In this document: one piece after another, positions 37,011-46,150 of the stretch | Position numbering within the stretch: the first letter of the stretch is position 1 | How the letters are laid out: every line of letters begins with the position of its first letter | From: an uncultured candidatus Brocadiaceae bacterium | GTDB taxonomy: Bacteria > Planctomycetota > Brocadiia > SM23-32 | Direction: 5' to 3' | DNA length: 64,000 nt | Assembly: GCA_964521715.1 (NCBI GenBank) | Contig: CAZFSS010000002.1 | Coordinates: forward strand, 151,828 to 215,827 | Notes under the pieces: model-generated | What the model was told of the DNA's origin: nothing | Database searches by the model: none | What the model saw: the letters and a program-made list of their open reading frames with translations, nothing else | Position numbers and translations under genes: made by a program

Positions 37011-38535
37011 AACTGCGAAGCACGTCCAGGCAGTAAGGGGCTTCAGCCGCAGTCGACTCGGCGGGCAGCCTCGCCGTCGGACTGCGCTGCTCATCAACCC
37101 GCCCGTCTACGACACGCAATACTGGGCGCAGTGGAGCCAGCCGTACGGCTTGCTGAGAATCGCCGCACTGCTCAGGAAACACCGCTACAAGCGCATCGAG
37201 CTGTTCGACTTCATGGAAACCGATGGACAGCGAAAGGTCTACCAGCACCGGATCAACCGCGAAGAGGAGTACTCTGAGCGAGACCAGCCCTCCCGCCCTA
37301 CTCAGCCGGTGAAGATCGGCAAGAACGGTGAAGAGCTAAGCCTGTACAAGCAGCACTTCGGCAAGACGTGGGCGGAGTTCGACGAGTGGCTCGACGAGAA
37401 GGGCTTCACCGGCAAGCATCCGCCGCACGAAGTCTGGATCTCCGCCATCATGACTTACTGGTGGGAGAGCGTACGAGACCTGACCGTCCGGTTGCGGCGC
37501 CGGTTCGGCAAGCACACCACGATCCTACTCGGTGGTGTTTACCCAACGCTCTGCCCTCAGCACGCGGCCAGGATGACCGAGGCCGACATCGTGGTCGCAG
37601 GCGAGGTGAAGGAGGCGAACGACCTCTGGACGGACCTGTCCCTCTATGAGACCCCGCCTGACTATGCCATCATCACCCCGACGCGCGGCTGCCCCTACAA
37701 CTGCGGCTATTGCGCTCAGAAGGCCCTGAACCGCGGCCGTCGGAAGCCCTGCCGTCGCGACCCAGACGACCTGCTGGCGGAAATGAAGGACAAGCACGAC
37801 CGCTACGGCATCCGCGAGTTCGCGTTCTACGCCGACTACCTCCTCTTCGACTACGAGCACTGCTTGCTGCCACTGCTCCGGCGCATCGTTGAAGAGGGGT
37901 TGCCGTTCAAGCTGCACGCACCAGAGGGCCTGCACGTGCGCACGCTATGCCAGTCCCAGGAGCTCGTCGACCTGCTGAAGGCCTCTGGCTTCGAGAAGGT
38001 CTACCTGCCCTTCGAGCACATCGACCAAGACTACCTAGCTGCCCTGAACCGGGACCATGTGGGGATTGAACACTTCGTGAAGGCAGTGCGTATGATCGAG
38101 AAAGCGGGGTTCCGCATGCGCAACCTGGAGGTCAACGCCTTCGTTCTGTACGGCCTGCCCCAGGAGAAGATCGACGACGTGGTAAGGAGTGTGCTCTTTG
38201 TCTCAGAGGTGGTGGGCTCGATAATCCCCATGCTATTCACCCCCGTGCCGACGACTCAGGTCTACGAGGACTTTCTGCCATTCATCCGGGAGCGAGGATG
38301 GGATCGGGACCTGCACATGCTGAACGGCAAGCTCTATCCGTTCCTCGAGCTGAACGAAGGCTCCGTGAGCGACTACGTTGACCTCCAACGGCTGATGTAT
38401 ATGCTGAACGCGCACTACCGCAGCGCTTCCTTCCGTCCCTTTGGCAACACTCTAGTGGCCCAAAGCTTCCGAAACAACCTAGCGAACGGATTCAGTGAGC
38501 GCGTCGCTCGGATGGCGGCGGGTGCCGACACGTAA
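37003..38535 (+). CDS. B12-binding domain-containing radical SAM protein (class B radical SAM)
   Basis: The N-terminal LLINPPVYDTQY...LLRIAALLRKHRYKRIELFDF matches the cobalamin-binding domain of class B rSAMs. The canonical CX3CX2C cluster motif (TRGCPYNCGYCAQ) follows at about residue 240. 510 aa. ATG overlaps the end of the upstream gene (GATGAGTAG). Confidence 0.75.
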   Translation: MSRTAKHVQAVRGFSRSRLGGQPRRRTALLINPPVYDTQYWAQWSQPYGLLRIAALLRKHRYKRIELFDFMETDGQRKVYQHRINREEEYSERDQPSRPTQPVKIGKNGEELSLYKQHFGKTWAEFDEWLDEKGFTGKHPPHEVWISAIMTYWWESVRDLTVRLRRRFGKHTTILLGGVYPTLCPQHAARMTEADIVVAGEVKEANDLWTDLSLYETPPDYAIITPTRGCPYNCGYCAQKALNRGRRKPCRRDPDDLLAEMKDKHDRYGIREFAFYADYLLFDYEHCLLPLLRRIVEEGLPFKLHAPEGLHVRTLCQSQELVDLLKASGFEKVYLPFEHIDQDYLAALNRDHVGIEHFVKAVRMIEKAGFRMRNLEVNAFVLYGLPQEKIDDVVRSVLFVSEVVGSIIPMLFTPVPTTQVYEDFLPFIRERGWDRDLHMLNGKLYPFLELNEGSVSDYVDLQRLMYMLNAHYRSASFRPFGNTLVAQSFRNNLANGFSERVARMAAGADT

Positions 38536-38567
38536 CAGCAAAACCCGAACCTAGCCGGAGGGTCGCC

Positions 38568-39221
38568 ATGTTCGCAAGAGTCTGGTTGTCTGCCGTTCTG
38601 GCCCTTTTGCTCGTGCTCGGCGGCGCCGCGCCCGCGGCCCCTCAGCCGGGCCAGCCTCTGCCCCTGCTCGCCCCGCAGACCGAAGGCGGTAAGCCTCTGA
38701 TGCAGGCGCTCAAGGCGCGCCAGTCGTCGCGCTCCTACAGCAGCGAGCCGCTGCCGGCGCAGGTGCTGTCCAACCTTCTCTGGGCCGCCTGCGGCGTGAA
38801 CCGCCCCGAATCCGGAAAGCGCACCGCGCCCACCGCCGTCAACTGGCAGGAGATAGACGTCTACGTCGCCACGGCCGACGGGCTCTACCTGTTCGACGCG
38901 CACGCCCACGCGCTCAACCCAGTGCTGAGCGAGGACATCCGCGCGCTGACCGGCACCCAGCCCTTCGTAGCGCAGGCGCCTGTCAACCTGGTCTACGTGG
39001 CGGACTTCGCGCGCATGGGCCGGGCGTCCCAGGCGGACAGGGATTTCTACTCCGCCACGGACACGGGCTTCATCAGCCAGAACGTCTACCTTTACTGCGC
39101 TTCCGAGGGACTGGCAACCGTGGTCCGGGGCCTGGTTGACCGCCCCGCCCTGGCCAAGCGCATGGGCCTGCGGCCCGACCAGAAGATCATCCTCGCGCAA
39201 TCGGTCGGCTACCCGCAGTAG
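38568..39221 (+). CDS. Nitroreductase family protein with N-terminal signal peptide
   Basis: A signal peptide is followed by nitroreductase-fold motifs (KARQSSRSY...LSNLLWAACGVNRPESGKRTAPTA...). 217 aa. Confidence 0.65.
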   Translation: MFARVWLSAVLALLLVLGGAAPAAPQPGQPLPLLAPQTEGGKPLMQALKARQSSRSYSSEPLPAQVLSNLLWAACGVNRPESGKRTAPTAVNWQEIDVYVATADGLYLFDAHAHALNPVLSEDIRALTGTQPFVAQAPVNLVYVADFARMGRASQADRDFYSATDTGFISQNVYLYCASEGLATVVRGLVDRPALAKRMGLRPDQKIILAQSVGYPQ

Positions 39222-39297
39222 CGCGGGCGCTAGGCCGGGGAACACAGCGAGGAGCCCGAGCAGCACAGGATACTTCAGCCCCGAGGGGATGCTACTG

Positions 39298-40209
39298 ATG
39301 GAGAAGACGGTGCTTTCGTTTTTCTGCGACGACACCAGTCCGTACGGGCGGCCGGCGGACGCGTTCAAGACCTTCCTGGACTTCATCTCGGCCGAGGGCG
39401 CCGGGGGGGAATCCACCGTCCTCCTGGCGCCGGGCTCCGGCGAACGCACGCTGAGCCAGCCCACGACCGATCTCGAACGCCGGTACGTCCAGCAGGTCCG
39501 GCGCGCGTTCGACTGCGGGATCGACACGCACATGGAGGTCATGACGCACGGCGGGGTCTATGACTTCGAGCGCGGCTGCGTGCCCGAAGGCGTCATCCAC
39601 GAGGGGCTCTGGCTCCACGAGCCGGACGTCTCGGTCGCCACTTACGAATCCTACCTGGGGCACATCATCGAGGAGGGCGAGAGGGCCGGCATCCGGTTCA
39701 CCGGCTTCACCTGGCCCGGCTGCGGATGCGAGGCGTGCACGAAGCGATACGCCGAGCTGCGCGAGCGGGGCATCACCGACCTGAACCCGAACGTCTGGCA
39801 GGCGTTGCTGAACCTGGCCAGGCGCGGCAAGTTCCGCGGGCCCACCGTGCCGTGCTTCGTCCACGGAAGGGAGCAGGTGCGCCTGATGGCGGCCGACGGC
39901 AAGTATGCCGTCTACGACATGCCCGTCTACGCGGACGACTGGTTCGGCATCTGGGAGAATGACCCGGCGCGCGTGAACGCCGACTACTACATCGCTGCGG
40001 ACGGCCGGTCCGGCCGCTTCGTCGAGATCGTGAAGTCCGGCGCGCCCTACTGCTTCTACTACTGCCACTGGCAGGGCGCCAACCCGGCCGACGGCGTCGG
40101 GTGGAAGGCGTTCCAGGAGGTGATCCGGCGCGTCAACCGCCACCTGAGCGACCGCGTCGAGTGGATGCGGCCGAGCGAGTTCACGGACCGCTGGCATCAG
40201 CAGCACTGA
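39298..40209 (+). CDS. DUF2334-like (polysaccharide deacetylase-like) hypothetical protein
   Basis: The N-terminal LSFFCDDTSPYG resembles the hDDvsP motif of DUF2334. 304 aa. The last ~60 nt are duplicated at 41147..41208. Confidence 0.45.
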   Translation: MEKTVLSFFCDDTSPYGRPADAFKTFLDFISAEGAGGESTVLLAPGSGERTLSQPTTDLERRYVQQVRRAFDCGIDTHMEVMTHGGVYDFERGCVPEGVIHEGLWLHEPDVSVATYESYLGHIIEEGERAGIRFTGFTWPGCGCEACTKRYAELRERGITDLNPNVWQALLNLARRGKFRGPTVPCFVHGREQVRLMAADGKYAVYDMPVYADDWFGIWENDPARVNADYYIAADGRSGRFVEIVKSGAPYCFYYCHWQGANPADGVGWKAFQEVIRRVNRHLSDRVEWMRPSEFTDRWHQQH

Positions 40210-40295
40210 GAGCCTCTGACAGGACCCCGCGCCTGTGGCGTCGGCACGGCCCAGGCGCACAAGCTTCGAGCCGGGCGTACCTCGCGCCAGCGGCG

Positions 40296-40324
40296 TTGAT
40301 TCGGACGCACGCGGCCTCCATAAT
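40296..40324 (+). promoter_or_regulatory. Sigma70-like promoter candidate for the MNT/HEPN cassette (-35 TTGATT, 17-bp spacer, -10 CATAAT)
   Basis: TTGATTcggacgcacgcggcctcCATAAT is read directly, about 70 nt upstream of the AGGAGG RBS and GTG start of the nucleotidyltransferase gene. Confidence 0.35.
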
Positions 40325-40395
40325 GGTCATTGATCGGCGGCCCGGGCGTGCACCCCACAGGACCCGATCCGCCCGGACAATCAGGAGGAAGATCG

Positions 40396-40677
40396 GTGGA
40401 CACCAAGCTGAGAGAGCGCATTGGGCGTGCCGCTCTGGTCCTGAAAGCTGCGGGGGCGAGCGAGGTGTACGTCTTCGGCTCGGCTGCGTCGGGCGAACTG
40501 CGCGAAAGCTCCGACATCGACCTTGCCGTGTCGGGTCTGCCTCCCGAGAAGTTCTTTGTGGCGATGGCCCAGGCGGGGGACGCTCTGGGCCGTGGGCTCG
40601 ATCTCGTCGACCTGGACGAGGAGTGCCCTTTCACCCGCTACCTGAAGGAAGAGGGAGAGCTGCAGCGCGTGGAGTAG
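40396..40677 (+). CDS. Nucleotidyltransferase domain protein (minimal NTase, MNT-type antitoxin-like)
   Basis: The GSAASGELRESSDIDLAV motif is the GS...DxD NTase signature. AGGAGG RBS then GTG at 40396. The track ORF starts earlier, at 40330. Confidence 0.7.
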   Translation: MDTKLRERIGRAALVLKAAGASEVYVFGSAASGELRESSDIDLAVSGLPPEKFFVAMAQAGDALGRGLDLVDLDEECPFTRYLKEEGELQRVE

Positions 40678-40720
40678 GCTTCGGAAGCAGGCGGCGGTTG
40701 AGTGTGAGCAGATCCAGGAG

Positions 40721-41131
40721 TTGCTCGACGTCCATCGTCCCGTGCTGCAGAAGTGCGCCGCTGCTGAACCGGACCCCATCGAGCTCTCCGCGCTCGGCGC
40801 GATGTTGCATGCGTTCTACACTGGCGTCGAGAACATCCTGAAGCGTATCACGGTCGAGCTGGGCGAAGACCTGCCGCGCGGCGAGGCATGGCACCGGCAA
40901 CTGCTGAACGCCATGGCGCGTGCTGGGCGTAGCCGTCCGGCTCTCATTTCCGAATCGCTGCGGGACGCGTTACGTCCCTACCTCGAGTTCCGCCACGTGT
41001 TCCGGCAGGCGTACACATTCCAGCTCAAATGGCCGCGGATGGCCAGGCTCGTCGTCGAGTCCGAGGCCATCTTCAAGCAGTTCGAGAAGGAGCTCGACGC
41101 TTTCCTGGAGGCCGACAAAGGGGCGGGGTAG
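40721..41131 (+). CDS. HEPN-domain protein (HI0074 / NTase substrate-binding-like; toxin-like partner of the MNT)
   Basis: 136-aa helical protein with an R-x6-H HEPN-like motif (RPYLEFRH) and the usual adjacency to a minimal nucleotidyltransferase. Confidence 0.6.
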   Translation: MLDVHRPVLQKCAAAEPDPIELSALGAMLHAFYTGVENILKRITVELGEDLPRGEAWHRQLLNAMARAGRSRPALISESLRDALRPYLEFRHVFRQAYTFQLKWPRMARLVVESEAIFKQFEKELDAFLEADKGAG

Positions 41132-41146
41132 TTGGAGTTACCTCCG

Positions 41147-41208
41147 GCGACCGCGTCGAGTGGATGCGGCCGAGCGCGTTCACGGACCGCTGGCACCAGC
41201 ACCACTGA
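41147..41208. repeat. ~60-bp direct duplication of the 3' end of the DUF2334-like gene (copy 2; copy 1 at 40149..40209), bracketing the MNT/HEPN cassette
   Basis: CGACCGCGTCGAGTGGATGCGGCCGAGCG[A/C]GTTCACGGACCGCTGGCA[T/C]CAGCA[G/C]CACTGAG is about 95% identical between the two positions. Confidence 0.8.
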
Positions 41209-41234
41209 GGGCCGCCCAAGAGAAAGGACAGGCG

Positions 41235-44009
41235 ATGCAGCACCAGGAGCAGCATCCGCAAATGGCACGCATCCAGAAGCCGAAGCGGGAAGGCACGGGC
41301 GGCGCCGCCGTCGCCCTTGCAGCGATCGTTCTGGTCGCCGCGTTTCAGGCGGCTTCACCGGCAGAAGGGACGGACATGAAGAACCTGGTTTCCAACGGTG
41401 ACTTCTCGGAGATCTGGCTCGGCAGCCCCGCAGGATGGGAAACTTCGGGAAACGAGCAGAACGTGGACCAGCGCCTGGAGGCCGTCCTGGAAGGCGGCAA
41501 CCGTTACGCGAAGCTAACCTGCACGCGCTGCGAGGGAAGCGGCGGCTCGGACCACGCGATGATCGCGCAGATTGGCGGCGCCGCGCTCGAAGAGGGCAAG
41601 TCCTATGAGTTCTCCTGCCGGGCGCGCGCCGAGGGCCTCAAAGGGCGGACCGTCAACGTGGCCATGCGCGACACGGACGGCTGGCACGAGTGCGGGCTGA
41701 GCGCCGACCTCGTCCTGCGCGCCTCCTGGAAGGAGTTCCGCAACGTGTTCCAGGCAACGCGCTCGGTGGGGCCGACGGGGCGGCTCCAGTTCTGGTACAC
41801 CGAGCCGGGCACGTTCTACCTGGACGACGTCAGCATCGTCGAGGTCGCCGTCGGCGATGTCGAGTTCACCGACGTCGTCCCGCCAACAGGCGGCAAGAAC
41901 CTGGTGCCGAACGGCTCCTTCGAGGTCGGGGCGGGCGGATGGTCATCGTTCGGCAATCCGGCTGGCTGGGGCAATATGTGCCGCTTGCACGGGACGATCG
42001 AGCCGTCAGGCGGCGCCGACGGCCGGGCGTTCCTGCGCGTGCCGATGGGCGAAGGCCGGGCGCCCACCTTCTACTTCGACTACTTCGCGCCCGTTGCCAG
42101 GCGGCCAACGATGGCGCTGGCCGCGAACCTGGGATGGATCCCCGTCGAGGCCGGCCAGCCCTACACGCTCTCCTGCGACATGCGGGCCGACGTCGACGGC
42201 GTCGCGGCCACCATCGGCGCGTTCGCCAAGGCGCCGGAGGGCCGTTCGTGGGAGAACTCGCACCACCACGCGCAGAAGGTCAGGCTCTCGACCTCATGGC
42301 AGCGCTGCTCCCTCACGTTCCGCCCCGCCTACCGCTACGTCTTCGTCACCGTCGGGCCGGACCTGGATGAGGATGCGCGCGTGGACGTGGACATCGACGC
42401 CGTCCAACTGGAGAGGGGCGAGCGGGCGACGCCCTTCGAGCCGCGCAGCCCGGTGGAGGTGGCCGTCGAGCCCTCCGCGCCCGGTGGCATCTTCGCGGTC
42501 GGCGAGCCGGCCGCGCTCCACCTGCGGGCGTGCAATCACAGCGACGGCGCTGAGGCCGTGCGCTTCTCCTTCCAGGTCGCCGACTTCTTCGGCCGGCCCG
42601 TCGCGCTGCCGGGGGCCGCGCTGGAGGTCGCCCCGCGCGGGATCGCGGAGGGGCAGGTGCAGCTCCCCGGGGACTGGCGGGGCTACTACCGTGTCCGCGC
42701 CAGCTACGACTCCGGGAGCGGCAGCAGCTCCCAGGACGTGCGCCTCGCCTTCGTCCCGCCGCAGACGCGTGACGATTCGGTCATCGGCATCAATCACGCG
42801 TTCAACGACGCCTACCTGATCCAGCTCGCGCGCAAGGCCGGCATCACGTGGTACCGCGACTGGTCGCTCAAATGGCAGCACCTGGAGCCCGAGCCCGGCC
42901 GGCTCGACTGGCAGGTCGGCGACGTGCAGATAGACCGGGTGCTCAGAGAGGGCGTGCACCTGATGGCGCTGCTGCCGCCGTTCCCGTCCGCGAACTGGTC
43001 ATCGACCGCCGACCCGGACATGCAGGCGTCCTCGTGGGAGGCCGGCCGCCAGGCGTGGGCGCCGAAGGAGCCGCAGAAGCTCGCCGAGTTCGTCGGAAAG
43101 GCCGTCTCGCGTTACAAGAACCGAGTCAAGGTCTGGGAGTTCCTGAACGAGCCGATCTTCACCTCTTACGCCCTGCCGCGCGCGGGCGGCTACGAGCCGG
43201 CCGACTACGTCCGGCTGCTGGCCCCGGTTTCGGCGGCAATGCGGCAGGCCGATCCCGACTGCAAAGTCATGGGCGGCATCGCCGGCGGGACGGGCACCTA
43301 CACGCGCGAGGTCATCGGCGCCGGGTGCCTGGACTACGTGGACATCTTCAACCTGCACATCTACCCCGGGGCCGCCGCGCCCGAATCGTTCCTGGACGGC
43401 ATGGACGCGCTTCTGGCCCTGATGGACGAGCACGGCGGGCGCAAGCCGATCTGGATGACCGAGTTCTCCTACTACGCCGAGGACGACCTGCCGCGCCGGC
43501 CCTTCATCCCGGCCCCGGACTCCTGGTCGGAATCGCGCCTGCTGGCCGACGAGCGCGAATGCGCCGAGATGACGATCCGGTTCTGCGTCATCATGATGTC
43601 GCGCGGGGTGGAGAAGGTCTTCATCCACTCCGGCTCGAGCGGCACTGTGAACATGCCGAACACGGAATGCTGCGTCTTCAAGTACGGCGGCGCGCCGGCG
43701 AAGGTGCTTCCGGCCATCGCAGTGTTCACGGACTTGATGGGACCGTCGCCGAAGTGCGTCGGCCAGGCGCGGCTCGGCGAGGACGCGTACATCTTCGGGT
43801 TCGAGACGGGGGAGCGCAGTGTGCTGGTGTGCTGGAGCGCGTTCGACGAGGCGGAGGTCGCGCTGCCCGAGGGCGCGCGGTGCCTCGACTTCATGGGCAA
43901 CGAGCTGCCGGCGCGCCGCGTCCCCCTCACCCCGACGCCCATCTACCTGATCGGCCCGCCCGGCGCGGGCGAACAGCTCGGCCGGTCACTGGGCAAGGTT
44001 GGCTCTTGA
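41235..44009 (+). CDS. Secreted glycoside hydrolase (clan GH-A) with two N-terminal carbohydrate-binding-module-like domains
   Basis: RBS AGAAAGGA then ATG at 41235, with a signal peptide. Two CBM4/9-like beta-sandwich segments (NLVSNGDFSE...; NLVPNGSFEVGAGGW...) are present. The catalytic core carries acid/base VWEFLNEP and nucleophile PIWMTEFS. Confidence 0.7.
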   Translation: MQHQEQHPQMARIQKPKREGTGGAAVALAAIVLVAAFQAASPAEGTDMKNLVSNGDFSEIWLGSPAGWETSGNEQNVDQRLEAVLEGGNRYAKLTCTRCEGSGGSDHAMIAQIGGAALEEGKSYEFSCRARAEGLKGRTVNVAMRDTDGWHECGLSADLVLRASWKEFRNVFQATRSVGPTGRLQFWYTEPGTFYLDDVSIVEVAVGDVEFTDVVPPTGGKNLVPNGSFEVGAGGWSSFGNPAGWGNMCRLHGTIEPSGGADGRAFLRVPMGEGRAPTFYFDYFAPVARRPTMALAANLGWIPVEAGQPYTLSCDMRADVDGVAATIGAFAKAPEGRSWENSHHHAQKVRLSTSWQRCSLTFRPAYRYVFVTVGPDLDEDARVDVDIDAVQLERGERATPFEPRSPVEVAVEPSAPGGIFAVGEPAALHLRACNHSDGAEAVRFSFQVADFFGRPVALPGAALEVAPRGIAEGQVQLPGDWRGYYRVRASYDSGSGSSSQDVRLAFVPPQTRDDSVIGINHAFNDAYLIQLARKAGITWYRDWSLKWQHLEPEPGRLDWQVGDVQIDRVLREGVHLMALLPPFPSANWSSTADPDMQASSWEAGRQAWAPKEPQKLAEFVGKAVSRYKNRVKVWEFLNEPIFTSYALPRAGGYEPADYVRLLAPVSAAMRQADPDCKVMGGIAGGTGTYTREVIGAGCLDYVDIFNLHIYPGAAAPESFLDGMDALLALMDEHGGRKPIWMTEFSYYAEDDLPRRPFIPAPDSWSESRLLADERECAEMTIRFCVIMMSRGVEKVFIHSGSSGTVNMPNTECCVFKYGGAPAKVLPAIAVFTDLMGPSPKCVGQARLGEDAYIFGFETGERSVLVCWSAFDEAEVALPEGARCLDFMGNELPARRVPLTPTPIYLIGPPGAGEQLGRSLGKVGS

Positions 44010-44040
44010 CCACGCTGAAGCGATCCAGCTAAAAGCCCTT

Positions 44041-44964
44041 TCACTTCTCGCCCCCCCGGTCCGTCTCGACATGTCCATCATCACCATCCTGACGGCGCGC
44101 CCGCCGCACCGCCTCAATGAGCAGGTTGATGAGATCTTCGCGAGCCCGCATATAGCCTGACTGGCCAACGGCGGCCTCCTTCAGCATGTCGCTGGCGCTG
44201 GGTCTCTCGCGCTTGCGTTCGGCAAGATAAAGGAGGACAACCAGATAGATCACATAAGCCGTCAGAAGCATACAGACAATGCCCCATACAGCTGGGTTCC
44301 GCACGGGGCTCGACCCCCTGCTGACGCAACCTGCCAGATCGCCCAATGAGCACTGCTTCGGACTGGGGCCCTCATCTTGGCTGACAACGATGTTATCAGT
44401 TACTGTGGGAGCGACTAAAGGCACTTGCTGGCCAAGCTCAAATCGAAAGATCGCCAGAAGGAAAGCTCCGGGCGCTAGGCGCTGACCTTCGTCGCGTGCT
44501 CTCACTATCAGGAAGCTAGGACGAGTTGCGTTGCCTCCGTTCCAAGCTTCCAGCTTGCGACGGCAATCGCCGTCGAGTTCACCCCACACGCCAGGATATA
44601 CCTGGACGAACGTCCTTGTTGCGCCGCTTGGAAGCGGAACTGTGGCGCTGACTTTGCGCGCAGTTCCGCTTCCTACGTTGACGACCAATAGCGACAACTG
44701 AACCGAGGCCACAGCCGTGCTATCGGCCTCAACCACGGAGTTCCACGTCGCACACCACCGGACATCAGGGCCTGCGAGTAAGCGTGCCACAGCAGGCCAG
44801 ACGAAGGGAATCACAATCAAGATGACAGCGGCGAGCCCGCGGAGGATGTGCTTTAAGCTGCGCGTGATCCAGGCCCCTAGCCAGCAGTTGACCCCTCCGG
44901 TCCAGCCGGATCCGAGACCGCAGGATACTCCCCCTCCCGCACCGCAGGCGCGAACGCACTCCAA
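44041..44964 (-). CDS. Hypothetical 2-TM membrane protein in a low-GC cassette
   Basis: N-terminal TM (LAAVILIVIPFVWPAV) and C-terminal TM (VWGIVCMLLTAYVIYLVVLLYL). Lower GC than the surroundings. The 5' end overlaps the upstream ORF by 88 nt, so the true start is uncertain. Confidence 0.35.
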   Translation of the reverse strand: MECVRACGAGGGVSCGLGSGWTGGVNCWLGAWITRSLKHILRGLAAVILIVIPFVWPAVARLLAGPDVRWCATWNSVVEADSTAVASVQLSLLVVNVGSGTARKVSATVPLPSGATRTFVQVYPGVWGELDGDCRRKLEAWNGGNATRPSFLIVRARDEGQRLAPGAFLLAIFRFELGQQVPLVAPTVTDNIVVSQDEGPSPKQCSLGDLAGCVSRGSSPVRNPAVWGIVCMLLTAYVIYLVVLLYLAERKRERPSASDMLKEAAVGQSGYMRAREDLINLLIEAVRRARRQDGDDGHVETDRGGEK

Positions 44965-45515
44965 AGCTGGTCGAAAAGCTGCAACAGCCGACCAGCCGTC
45001 TTAGGGTCGTTGAAGCACGCCTCTGCTTGGACGGTCAAGTCGGCCTCGTTGGTTGCCCCTGCAAACTTGTACGGATGTGGATCCTCCAGGCGATAGCCGC
45101 GGTCATCGACCACTGTGAAGTGTGGCACGCGATCGCCATACTCACGGCTTCCACTGAAACGCAGGGCAAACCTGTCCGGGAAGTCCTGGCTCAGTGCTGC
45201 GACGCTTTTGCAGAGCTGTGCGGTGCCACCGGCTGGGCGTTCGTCCCAGACCAGGATGCGGGTATAGAGGTCTCTGGCCCTGTTTCGAAGAAGTGGGGCG
45301 AGCTCATCGAAAACGACATGGGGAAGCTCACCCGTCAAGAGGCAGACGGTAGAGCCAGCGCTCTCGATCAACTCCTTCAACACGAAGATGGCCGAGGTGA
45401 TAGTGCGGTTTGGTATACGTGCGGCGCCTCTCGTCTTTCTCTGCAGGCGCACCATCCCCCGGTACTCGACGGAAAGGTCGTCTTCTCGGTATTTGAATGG
45501 CTTCTCGTCACCCAT
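44877..45515 (-). CDS. Hypothetical protein (low-GC cassette, upstream partner of the 2-TM protein)
   Basis: 212 aa with no family recognised. Lower-GC codon usage. Confidence 0.4.
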   Translation of the reverse strand: MGDEKPFKYREDDLSVEYRGMVRLQRKTRGAARIPNRTITSAIFVLKELIESAGSTVCLLTGELPHVVFDELAPLLRNRARDLYTRILVWDERPAGGTAQLCKSVAALSQDFPDRFALRFSGSREYGDRVPHFTVVDDRGYRLEDPHPYKFAGATNEADLTVQAEACFNDPKTAGRLLQLFDQLWSAFAPAVREGEYPAVSDPAGPEGSTAG

Positions 45516-46150
45516 GGCCGGTGCCTCAACCAGAATCGACTATCAGGCTAACCAGAGGATACACTCTCGAAGAACTTCAGGAGGGCGATCGTACGGACTT
45601 GGCTGGTTTGCTACCCCTGAACAGGGGAATAGGCGCAAATCAAGGGAAACTCAGAAAAAGCAAGGCGAAAATGAGCCGCCAGCCTCGTCCTCCGGCGCCG
45701 TCGCAGGCGCCTTACGGCGGCGGCGACTCATACGGTTCTGGGACTTGCCCCCGCGGAGGCCGAGGTCGGCCCCTGCTGCCGGACCCGAACAACTCACTCA
45801 ACCGCGCCAACGTGTCCATGGTACCCATGGCCTGCTCCCATCGGTAGAGTAGGGACTGCATTCACAATGTCTCTGCTCACAGTGGCCCCCCATCCGGCTG
45901 GGCCCTCCCCGCTTCTTCACCATGTCGCCACACTGTAGCACCACGGAAACGGCATGTCAAGGCCAATTCCGACGTTTTCGCGATTTTCCAGACCTCCGAG
46001 AACGTGGTTCCACAGCCCACGACACATGCACAGGAAGGACCTCCTTCTAGGTCATCGGATAGGGCTCGTTGCGCAAAACGGGGATATGTCGAGTGGCAGT
46101 TTCTGGGTAGGTTTCGTAAAATCCACTCTATCAAAGTCGCGACACCCTTG

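Larger units (their letters stand above)
34200..38560. mobile_element. Compositionally distinct (~58-60% GC, low GC3) ~4.3-kb island carrying a three-gene GHKL-ATPase / Rossmann-like / B12-radical-SAM module; likely horizontally acquired
   Basis: Codon usage in the sequence shifts to frequent A/T third positions, unlike flanking genes. The three genes are tightly coupled. The flanks are a truncated sensor gene and a nitroreductase gene. No integrase or tRNA is present in the window. Confidence 0.55.
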
